Positions 1 to 8,752 of a DNA stretch of 64,000 nt are shown here, in pieces. Positions within the stretch are counted from its first letter, which is position 1. Every line of letters starts with the position of its first letter. The translations under genes and the position numbers were made by a program. This DNA comes from an uncultured Actinomycetes bacterium (GTDB lineage: Bacteria; Actinomycetota; Thermoleophilia; Gaiellales; JAICJC01), in contig CAWEIS010000025.1 in the NCBI GenBank assembly GCA_963809205.1, forward strand, positions 248,896 through 312,895, in the 5' to 3' direction. The notes beneath the pieces were generated by a model. It saw nothing but the letters and a program-made list of their open reading frames with translations. It was not told the origin of the DNA and did not search any database.

Positions 1-302
1 GAGCAGGAGTTCCCGCTGCGGATCGAGCGGTACGAGGTGCGGCGGCGAAGCGGCGGCGAGGGGAGCACCGGGGAGGCGACGGCGTCGTCCGCGCCTACCG
101 GGTGCTCGAGGACTGCCGGGTCTCGGTGATGACCGAGCGCCGCCGCCACGCGCCGCCCGGCGCGGCCGGCGGCGGGCCCGGCGCTCGCGGCGAGAACCGC
201 CTCAACGGCAGGCGGATCCCGGCCAAGACCAGCCTGGATCTGAAGGCCGGGGACGTGCTCGAGATCCGCACGCCGGGCGGCGGCGGATGGGGCGCCGTGT
301 AA
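1..302 (+). CDS. hydantoinase B/oxoprolinase family protein, C-terminal end (cut by window edge; apparent 1-nt frame change near 61-66)
   Basis: Frame 1 reads [21 protein letters not shown]. Frame 3 continues [33 protein letters not shown]...[14 protein letters not shown]. Together these form the conserved HyuB/OplaH C-terminus. The stop TAA 300-302 lies inside the palindromic repeat. Confidence 0.7.
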   Translation, partial: AGVPAADRAVRGAAAKRRRGEHRGGDGVVRAYRVLEDCRVSVMTERRRHAPPGAAGGGPGARGENRLNGRRIPAKTSLDLKAGDVLEIRTPGGGGWGAV

Positions 303-329
303 CAACGGGGTCAGACCCCTTTGTTACAT
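296..329 (+). repeat. palindromic REP-like element, copy 1 (CGTGTAACAACGGGGTCAGACCCCTTTGTTACAT)
   Basis: Identical over 34 nt to the reverse complement of 21498-21531. Stem TGTAACAA(C)GGGG / CCCC(T)TTGTTACA with loop TCAGA. Confidence 0.85.
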
Positions 330-340
330 GAGCGAGGCGG

Positions 341-523
341 TCAGTGCCGGTCGAAGAGCACGAGCGTCGCGATCGCGGCCAGCGCGACGAGGGTCCAGAC
401 GATGATCGCCTGGGCCTGTTGATCGGCAGCCGGCTGCGCAGCGAGCAATACCGCGACGATGCTCACGCCGGTTTCTTCGGCCGAAACCGACCGGGGCTTG
501 AGCAGGTGTTTTCGCCGGTACAC
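341..523 (-). CDS. hypothetical small hydrophobic protein (start uncertain; internal GTG gives about 41 aa)
   Basis: ORF VSIVAVLLAAQPAADQQAQAIIVWTLVALAAIATLVLFDRH has two hydrophobic stretches and about 85% G/C at third codon positions. No recognisable family. Confidence 0.3.
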   Translation of the reverse strand: MYRRKHLLKPRSVSAEETGVSIVAVLLAAQPAADQQAQAIIVWTLVALAAIATLVLFDRH

Positions 524-531
524 TCGAATCC

Positions 532-645
532 ATGAGCACCGTCGCGCCGCCCGTGCGCAAGCAGAAGCCCCGCTCCACCGGGCCCGGCTCGGGCAGCGAC
601 CGGCCGTGGCTGGTGATCGTCAAGAACGAGTCGCACACAACACGA
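532..645 (+). pseudogene. truncated duplicate of the clpS 5' end (about 33 conserved codons, then divergence)
   Basis: 519-629 matches 2310-2420 at 108/111 nt, including TACACT-N7-ATG and MSTVAPPVRKQKPRSTGPGSGSDRPWLVIVKN. Similarity fades after 629 (NESHTT vs NDNHNT), and the frame then runs antisense into the proS 3' end. Confidence 0.65.
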
Positions 646-670
646 GCCAAGGGCGGCGAGCAGGTGGCCA

Positions 671-2107
<1,437 letters not shown>

Positions 2108-2309
2108 GCGTGCATCCGTTTCGGTCGGCGTTGACGACGGCGGGCGTTCGTCACGGCGTTCCGGGCAGCAGGCCGGGAACGCCTACGCCGGGATGCGCGG
2201 CAGGATCACGGCGACGGAGCCACGGGCGTGGGTGGTGTCGGAGCGATCCATCACGCCAGGGTACCAGGAAACCCGCCTGGCACGGTTCTGGTTCCGGGCA
2301 CGGGAGGGT

Positions 2310-2315
2310 TACACT
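2310..2315 (+). promoter_or_regulatory. -10-like hexamer TACACT 7 nt upstream of the clpS ATG (candidate leaderless promoter)
   Basis: TACACT cgaatcc ATG with no Shine-Dalgarno. The same hexamer and spacing occur at 519-524 for the clpS fragment. Confidence 0.4.
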
Positions 2316-2322
2316 CGAATCC

Positions 2323-2628
2323 ATGAGCACCGTCGCGCCGCCCGTCCGGAAGCAGAAGCCGCGCTCCACCGGGCCCGGCTCGGGCAGCGACCGGCCGTGG
2401 CTGGTGATCGTCAAGAACGACAACCACAACACCTTCGACGGCGTGGCGTTCGCTCTGGCGCGAACGCTGCCCGGCGTGACGTTCGAGCGGGGCATGGAGT
2501 TCGCGACCACGATCCACACGACGGGTCAGGCGGTCGTCTGGACCGGGCAGCGGGAGCCGGCCGAGCACTACTGGCAGCAGCTCTCCGACTTCGGGCTGAC
2601 GATGGCGCCGCTGTCGTCCTCGGGCTGA
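2323..2628 (+). CDS. clpS: ATP-dependent Clp protease adaptor ClpS
   Basis: WLVIVKNDNHNTFDGVAFALARTLPGVTFERGMEFATTIHTTGQAVVWTGQREPAEHYWQQL is a typical ClpS core; 101 aa. Confidence 0.9.
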   Translation: MSTVAPPVRKQKPRSTGPGSGSDRPWLVIVKNDNHNTFDGVAFALARTLPGVTFERGMEFATTIHTTGQAVVWTGQREPAEHYWQQLSDFGLTMAPLSSSG

Positions 2629-2631
2629 GCC

Positions 2632-3381
2632 GTGCTGCTCGCGTTCGATCCGTGGCAGGGGGTCGCCGACGTCGAGTGGGCGATCGCGATCGTCCTGTTC
2701 GGCATCTGGTACGCGTGGGCCGCACGCCACTTCGCCGTCCCGCTCTGGCGGCGGGCGTGCTTCTTCTCGGGCCTGCTGATCATCGGGCTGGCGCTGCTCT
2801 CGCCGATCGAGCACCTGGCGCTGAACTCGATGCTCAGCTTCCACCTGCTGCAGAACGTGATGCTGGCCGACTGGGCGCCGCCGCTGCTGGTGCTCGGGCT
2901 GACGTCGCGGATGGCCGCGGTCGCCGAGCGGCTCGCCGCGGTGCGCCGGATGACGCTGCCCGGCGTCGCGATCACCTACTGGCTCGCCGTCTGGTACGTC
3001 GTCCACATCCCCGGCGTCTACGGCTACGCGCTCGACCATCGCTGGGCCCTGGGCATCGAGCACCTGCTGTTCGTCACCGCCGGCCTCGCGTTCTGGTGGC
3101 CGGCGCTGGTGCCCGGCCGCATGCGCCACGGCTCGCGGGTGATCTACCTGGCGGCCGCGTTCTTCCTGGCTGCGCCGGTCGCGCTGCTGATCGCCCTCGC
3201 CGGCTCGACGATCTACCCGTACTACGACACGACGCCGCACCTGTGGGGGCTGACGCCGCTCGAGGACCAGTCGATCGGCGGCATGCTGATGGCGGTGGAG
3301 CAGAGCGTGATCCTGTTCGTCGCGGCGTTCTGGGCGTTCGCGGCGATGATGGACGAGGACGCGGTAGGTTCTCCCTCGTGA
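2632..3381 (+). CDS. ctaG: cytochrome c oxidase assembly factor, Caa3_CtaG family membrane protein
   Basis: Polytopic membrane protein (WAIAIVLFGIWYAW...LLSPIEHLALNSMLSFHLLQNVMLADWAPPLL...WWPAL), a pattern typical of the CtaG/COG3336 family. Confidence 0.75.
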   Translation: MLLAFDPWQGVADVEWAIAIVLFGIWYAWAARHFAVPLWRRACFFSGLLIIGLALLSPIEHLALNSMLSFHLLQNVMLADWAPPLLVLGLTSRMAAVAERLAAVRRMTLPGVAITYWLAVWYVVHIPGVYGYALDHRWALGIEHLLFVTAGLAFWWPALVPGRMRHGSRVIYLAAAFFLAAPVALLIALAGSTIYPYYDTTPHLWGLTPLEDQSIGGMLMAVEQSVILFVAAFWAFAAMMDEDAVGSPS

Positions 3382-4203
3382 ACACCTTGCTGGCAGCCTG
3401 TGTCCAGTTCGTTGCCGGGCCGGACAAATCGGAGAACATCGAGCGGATGGCGCCGCTGGTCGCGCGCGCCGCCGCCCGCGGTGCCAAGCTGGTGCTGCTG
3501 CCCGAGAAGTGGAACGCCGTCGCCGACGGGCCGGAGCTCGCCCGTTACGCCGAGCGGCTGGACGGCGGCGAGACCGTCGACGCGCTCGCCGGCTGGGCGC
3601 GCGAGCACCGCATCGACCTGATCTGCGGCAGCATCGCCATCGAGGGCGCGGGCAACGGCCCGGGCGTCGGCAATGTGTCGATCGCGTTCGCCCCGGACGG
3701 CACCGTCGCCGCCGCGTACACCAAGATCCACCTGTTCGACGTCGACGTCGGCGGGATCACCTACCGCGAGTCGGATGGCACGGCGCCCGGGGCCGACCCG
3801 GTGGTCGCCGAGCTGGCCGGCCTGCCGGTCGGCCTGACCGTCTGCTACGACCTTCGCTTTCCGGAGCTCTACCGCGAGCTCACCGACCGCGGGCGCGCTG
3901 GTGCTGAGCGTGCCCGCGAACTTCACGCTGCTCACCGGCATGGCGCACTGGGAGCCGCTGCTTCGCGCGCGGGCGATCGAGAACCAGTGCTTCGTGCTGG
4001 CCGCGGGGCAGCACGGGTTCCCGGGCGGAGGACGCAGGCCGTCGTTCGGGCACAGCATGATCGTCGACCCCTGGGGCGTGGTGCTGGCCGAGGCTCCCGA
4101 CGGCGACGGCGTGATCGTCGCCGAGCTCGACCTCGACGCACAGCGAGCCGTCCGCGAGCGGCTCCCCGCCCTGCGTCACAGGGCGTTTCGCGGACCAGAC
4201 TGA
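3378..4203 (+). pseudogene. carbon-nitrogen hydrolase (nitrilase superfamily), one frame change near 3889-3897
   Basis: The GTG start overlaps the ctaG stop (GTGA). LVLLPEKW, YTKIHLFD and LTVCYDLRFPE give the Glu-Lys-Cys triad context. The C-terminal part LVLSVPANFTLLTGMAHWEPLLRARAIENQCFVLAAGQ continues in the +1 frame (ORF 3901-4203). Confidence 0.8.
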
Positions 4204-4369
4204 CCCAATTTTCAACTCACGGGAGGATCCCCCAAACGGGTGACGAAACCTGGCAGCACGGCGACACGGATGTCATCTCCGCCAGGAGGGAGATAGGGGA
4301 TGCAAGCGATCGTTACGACACGTGAGACCACGTACGCGGTGCAGATCCGGTATCGCGGCGGGGAGTGGA

Positions 4370-5020
4370 TCACGCTGACGCACGCTCCACGGCCAGCCGC
4401 AGCGCCGATCGAAACGACTCGAGCATCGACGCGCGTGCGCCGTCGTCGATCTCGTCGGCGGCGTACGCCATGAACGGCTCCAGCACCTGGAACCCGCAGT
4501 ACGCCAACGTGCCCTGCTGGATCGGGCGGAGCAGCGGCTCCAATTCGCCGATCGACCCGCCGGCGCGGAATCCGGCCTGCTCGTAGCTGCAGGTCATCGC
4601 CAGCAGCGAGCGCTTCCCGGTCAGCGGGCCGCTCCAGGCCTTGACGGTGCCGTAGGCGTAGCCGTTGACCAGCACGCGGTCGAACCAGCCCTTGAGCATC
4701 GCCGGCACCGAGAACCACCACATCGGCGCGGTCAGCACCAGCAGGTCTGCCTCGCGCAGCCGCTCGACCTCGCGCGCAACGTCCGGCGCCAGGGTGCCGG
4801 TGGTGACGCCGTGCTGCTGCTCCTCCATGGGCCGCAGGAACGCGCCGTTCTGGCGGCTGGTGAAGTCGTCGGCCGAGAGCTCCGGCCGGAACCCCTGCGC
4901 GTAGAGGTCGGAGACGGTGACCTCGCACCCCAGCTCGGCCAACTCCTCGGCGGCGGTGTCCTTGAGCGCCGAGCAGAACGATCGCGGCTCGGGGTGGGCG
5001 TGGACGACGAGCGCGTTCAC
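4370..5020 (-). CDS. NAD(P)H dehydrogenase (quinone), flavodoxin-like fold family
   Basis: MNALVVHAHPEPRSFCSAL...ADLLVLTAPMWWFSVPAMLKGWFDRVL is typical of NQO1/MdaB-like FMN/FAD reductases. Confidence 0.8.
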   Translation of the reverse strand: MNALVVHAHPEPRSFCSALKDTAAEELAELGCEVTVSDLYAQGFRPELSADDFTSRQNGAFLRPMEEQQHGVTTGTLAPDVAREVERLREADLLVLTAPMWWFSVPAMLKGWFDRVLVNGYAYGTVKAWSGPLTGKRSLLAMTCSYEQAGFRAGGSIGELEPLLRPIQQGTLAYCGFQVLEPFMAYAADEIDDGARASMLESFRSALRLAVERASA

Positions 5021-5024
5021 GCGG

Positions 5025-5921
5025 CTACGAGCCCTGCGCCGCCTCGTCCTCCGGCACGCCGATCAGACCCTGCGCCGTGAACCATCCGCGGATCGCCGCC
5101 TGGTACGCCTTCGGCTGCTCGACGAACGTCATGTGCGCCGCCTTCTCGATCACCACCAGCTGCGATCCGGCCACCTCGCGGTTGATCTCCTCGGCCTGCG
5201 CGACCGAGCACGTCCGCTCGAACCGGCCGGTCAGGATCAGCATCGGCTTGGAGATCCAGCGCAGGTGATCGACCCACTCGAAGTCGCCGTAGCCGTTGGC
5301 TGCGAAGTGCCGCAGCACCTCCGGCGAGTAGACCACGTCGTCGCGCTCGGTGAACGTGCGGTACGCGTCGCCCATCTCCCAGAAGTGGAATGGCCACTGC
5401 GCAGCCATCAGCTCGCGGGCCTGGGCAACGGTCTCGACCGCCGCTTCGTCGTCCCACGACTTGCGGATCTGGTCGCGCATGCTGGCCGGCTCGAACCGCT
5501 CGATCTCCCGCTCGACCTCGGCCATCAGGGCCTCGCTCGACGCGGCGCCGCTGGAGATCACGTAGTGCGAGGCGCTGCCCCGCTCCAGCGCGTGCGCGAG
5601 GGCGATGATGCCCCCGAACGAGTGACCCATCAGGGCGAAGCTCTCGAGCTCCATCGCGCGTGCCAGCCGGTCGACGTCCTGCGCGAACACGGTCACCGAC
5701 AGCGTCTCCGGGTCGACGCGCGGTGCGCCGCCCTGGCCTCGCATGTCGACCAGGATCAGCCGCAGGCCCTGCTCGCCCAGTGGGTCGAGCCACGGGCGGA
5801 ACATGTGGTGGTCGAGCCCCGGGCCGCCGTGTAGCACGATCACCGGGTAGCCGTTACCTATCTCGACAACATTGAGGACACCGCCGTCCTCGAGCTCGAC
5901 CAGGCGTTCGCTGTCGGTCAT
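5025..5921 (-). CDS. alpha/beta hydrolase (proline iminopeptidase-like)
   Basis: VIVLHGGPGLDHH...LMGHSFGG nucleophile elbow. The ATG overlaps the stop of the upstream acyl-CoA dehydrogenase (ATGA). Confidence 0.85.
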   Translation of the reverse strand: MTDSERLVELEDGGVLNVVEIGNGYPVIVLHGGPGLDHHMFRPWLDPLGEQGLRLILVDMRGQGGAPRVDPETLSVTVFAQDVDRLARAMELESFALMGHSFGGIIALAHALERGSASHYVISSGAASSEALMAEVEREIERFEPASMRDQIRKSWDDEAAVETVAQARELMAAQWPFHFWEMGDAYRTFTERDDVVYSPEVLRHFAANGYGDFEWVDHLRWISKPMLILTGRFERTCSVAQAEEINREVAGSQLVVIEKAAHMTFVEQPKAYQAAIRGWFTAQGLIGVPEDEAAQGS

Positions 5922-7078
5922 CCGTTCAGCTTCCGGTATCCGAGAGCATGCTCCGCCTGCATCATCTTGTGGATCTGCGTGGTGCCCTCGTAGATGATCG
6001 GCGCGCGCGAGTTGCGGAAGTAGCGCTCCACCGGGTACTCGGCGGAGTAGCCGTACGCCCCGTGCACCTGGATCGCCTTGTTGGCCGCGTCGAACGCGCT
6101 CTCGGTCGCGTGCCACTTGGCCAGCGAGGTCTCCTTCGTGTTGCGCTCGCCCGTGTTCTTCATCCACGCGGCCTTCATCACCAGCAGCTTCGACGTCTCG
6201 TAGCCCAGCACCATGTCGGCGATCATGTCCTGCACGAACTGGTACTTGCCGATGGCCTGGCCGAACGTGTGGCGCTCGTTGGCGTACTTGACCGACGCCT
6301 CCAGGCATGCCCGGACGACGCCGACGGCGCCCGCCGCGACGGTGAACCGGCCCTGGTCGAGCGAGTGCATGGCGATCTTGAATCCCTCGCCCTGCTCGCC
6401 GATCCGGTTCTCGGCCGGGACCTGGACGTTTGAGAAGAACAGCTCGCCCGTCGAACCGGCCCAGATGCCCAGCTTGTTCGGGATCCGCCGCGCCTCGATG
6501 CCCTCCCACGCGGTCTCGACCATGAACGCGGAGATGCCGCGGTGGCCGCCGTCGGGGTCGTGCTTGGCGAACACCAGCGCGTAGTCGGCCTCGGTCGCGT
6601 ACGAGATCCAGCTCTTCTGGCCGTTCAGCACGTAGGTGCCGTCGGACTGGGGGATGGCGGTCGTCAGCATCGCCGCCACGTCCGACCCCGCGGCCGGCTC
6701 CGTCAGGCCGAAGCACCCGAGCTTCTCGCCCTTCGCCATCGGCACGAGGTACTTCTGCTTCTGCTCCTCCGTGCCGAACTTGAGCAGCGACAGCGAGTTC
6801 AGGCCGACGTGCACCGAGATCAGCGTGCGGAACGCCGACTCGCCGCGCTCGATCTCCTCACAGATCAGCGCCTCCGACACGTAGTCGAGCCCCGAGCCGC
6901 CGTACTCGGCCGGGATCACCGGCCCCAGCAGGCCCAGCTCGGCCATCCCCTCGATGATCCCCATGTCGAGGTGGTGGTTGATGTCGTTCTCCTGCGCGAC
7001 CGGCAGCACGCGACGATCGACGAACTCGCGCACGGTCTCCTGGATCGCGCGCTGTTCGTCGGTCAGATCGAAATCCAC
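5918..7078 (-). CDS. acyl-CoA dehydrogenase
   Basis: 386 aa. LGCFGLTEPAAGSD and QVHGAYGYSAEYPVERYFRNSRAPIIYEGTTQI are ACAD family signatures. Confidence 0.9.
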   Translation of the reverse strand: MDFDLTDEQRAIQETVREFVDRRVLPVAQENDINHHLDMGIIEGMAELGLLGPVIPAEYGGSGLDYVSEALICEEIERGESAFRTLISVHVGLNSLSLLKFGTEEQKQKYLVPMAKGEKLGCFGLTEPAAGSDVAAMLTTAIPQSDGTYVLNGQKSWISYATEADYALVFAKHDPDGGHRGISAFMVETAWEGIEARRIPNKLGIWAGSTGELFFSNVQVPAENRIGEQGEGFKIAMHSLDQGRFTVAAGAVGVVRACLEASVKYANERHTFGQAIGKYQFVQDMIADMVLGYETSKLLVMKAAWMKNTGERNTKETSLAKWHATESAFDAANKAIQVHGAYGYSAEYPVERYFRNSRAPIIYEGTTQIHKMMQAEHALGYRKLNG

Positions 7079-7150
7079 TCGGGGTGCTCCTTCCCTCCCA
7101 GATGGCGGAATGCCATCGCAGATCCTACGCCGGAGGGTCCCCTTGCCGCG

Positions 7151-8752
7151 TCAGGCCGGAGCGGGGCGGTGCTGCGCCTTGGCGACGTACATCGCACGGT
7201 CGGCCGCACGGAACACGGCCGGTGGATCCTCGCCGTCTGCGGGGCAGGCGGCGACGCCGAAGCTGGCGCCGAGGTGGGCCAGCCGCGGGTCGCGGTTGGA
7301 CGCCATCACGTCGCGCACGCGGTCGACGACGGCGTGCGCCTCGGCGGCTCCAGCCTCGGGCAGCAGCAGGGCGAACTCGTCGCCGCCGATGCGGAATACG
7401 GCGTCCACCTCGCGGCGGCCGTCGGCGAGCAGCTCGGCGAACCCCTCGAGCGCCGCGTCGCCGGCGAGGTGCCCGCGGGCGTCGTTCAGCTGCTTGAAGC
7501 CGTCCAGGTCGCAGACGACCAGCGAGAATGGCCGGCCGTAGCGCACGTAGCGCGCGGACTCGGACGACAGCCGCTCGCTGAACACCCGGCGGTTGAGCAG
7601 CCGCGTCAGCGGGTCGTGGTCGGCGAGGAAGCGCATCTCCTCGAACTGCGCAGCGGCGTCCAGCGCCGTCGATGCCTGGTTGGCAAACACGCGCAGCGCC
7701 TGGAGCGTCCGCGGGCCGGGCACCAGCCGGTTGTGCGGGTCGTCGACCCAGATCACGCCGCTCAGGTCGCCGGTGCGGTCCCACAGCGGCACGAACAGCC
7801 AGTGGTCGGTCCACGCGTTGGGGCCGCGCCCGCTCATCTGCGAGTGGTACTGCCAGTGCCGCTCGTCGACCCGTCCCGCCGCCTGCTCGGGCGACAGCAG
7901 GTAGCAGCCCTCGACCTCGTACTCCTGCTCCATCAGCGGCGTCAGCTCGGCCAGCGTCATCTCGCTGGTCACCGTCTCGTCTGTCAGATCCCAGCCCACC
8001 GCCGCGCGGGCGACCAGCCGGCCCGTATCCGGGTCGGGCAGCTCGATCGCGAGCTTGGTAAAGCCCAGCGCGCGCTGGATGCCGAGGCACACGGACTCGA
8101 GGATCGTCTCGATCGAGAACGTCTCGGTCAGCTGGGACGACACCTGCAGCAGCTGCTCCAGCGCCTCCCGGTGGCGGCGTGCGGAGCCGCTCTCCTGGGC
8201 GCTCTGGATGGCCAGCGCAGCGTGGGCGGCGACCGCCACCAGCGCGTCGATGTCGTCGTCGTCCGGGTGCCTGCCGCCGGCCGGCTCGTCCACACCGAGG
8301 ATCCCCAGCAGGTGGCCGTCGGAGTGGCGCAGCGGCACCACCAGCATGTCCTCGGGGTGCCACATCTCGGGGTCGTCGACCTCCGGGATGTCGGGGACGT
8401 AGGCGTTCGGGGTCATCGCCGACCAGTCGAACGTGCCGTGGCGGATCACGTAGGCGCCGCGCCGCTCGAAACGCTCGTCGAGGATCGGGTTCCACACGGC
8501 CCAGCCGCGGACGTCGCCGACCAGCGCCTCCAGCGCGGCCTCGCCGCCGTGGATGGCCTCGACCCGGAAGTCGTCCCACTCCGGGCGGTACAGGTTGATG
8601 ACGACGACGCCGTAGCCCAGCGAGTCGGCCGTCGTCCGGGCGATCGCCGCAAGCAGCGTGTCGACCTCGGCGCCGCTGCGCACCAGCCGGGTGACCTCGA
8701 GCAGGCCGCGCAGGCGGCCCGACGCGGAGCGCTTGTCGCCCGGCCCCGTCAT
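7151..8752 (-). CDS. GAF-GAF-GGDEF diguanylate cyclase (paralog B)
   Basis: C-terminal DPLTRLLNRRVF...CDLDGFKQLNDARGH.AGD...RIGGDEFALLL has an intact GGDEF. The start is taken at MTGPGDK, where the ATG overlaps the upstream stop (ATGA at 8749-8752). Confidence 0.85.
   Translation of the reverse strand: MTGPGDKRSASGRLRGLLEVTRLVRSGAEVDTLLAAIARTTADSLGYGVVVINLYRPEWDDFRVEAIHGGEAALEALVGDVRGWAVWNPILDERFERRGAYVIRHGTFDWSAMTPNAYVPDIPEVDDPEMWHPEDMLVVPLRHSDGHLLGILGVDEPAGGRHPDDDDIDALVAVAAHAALAIQSAQESGSARRHREALEQLLQVSSQLTETFSIETILESVCLGIQRALGFTKLAIELPDPDTGRLVARAAVGWDLTDETVTSEMTLAELTPLMEQEYEVEGCYLLSPEQAAGRVDERHWQYHSQMSGRGPNAWTDHWLFVPLWDRTGDLSGVIWVDDPHNRLVPGPRTLQALRVFANQASTALDAAAQFEEMRFLADHDPLTRLLNRRVFSERLSSESARYVRYGRPFSLVVCDLDGFKQLNDARGHLAGDAALEGFAELLADGRREVDAVFRIGGDEFALLLPEAGAAEAHAVVDRVRDVMASNRDPRLAHLGASFGVAACPADGEDPPAVFRAADRAMYVAKAQHRPAPA

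Noticed and set aside
2272-2300. Single occurrences of CCNGGCAC upstream of clpS (GCCTGGCAC, TCCGGGCAC) and at 62042 as further members of the GTGCCNGGCAC family
   Set aside because: A 7-8 nt GC-rich motif is expected by chance many times in 128 kb of two-strand sequence. Only the clustered arrays are reported.
4204-4299. Possible ZTP/pfl-like or other riboswitch (GGGTGACGAAACCTGGC ... CCGCCAGG)
   Set aside because: There is only a superficial resemblance to the ZTP consensus (GGGUCGUGACUGGCG...CCGCCUGGGC). The key conserved positions and the helix arrangement do not fit, and the downstream gene is not a purine or folate gene. I kept it only as a generic hairpin and SD observation.
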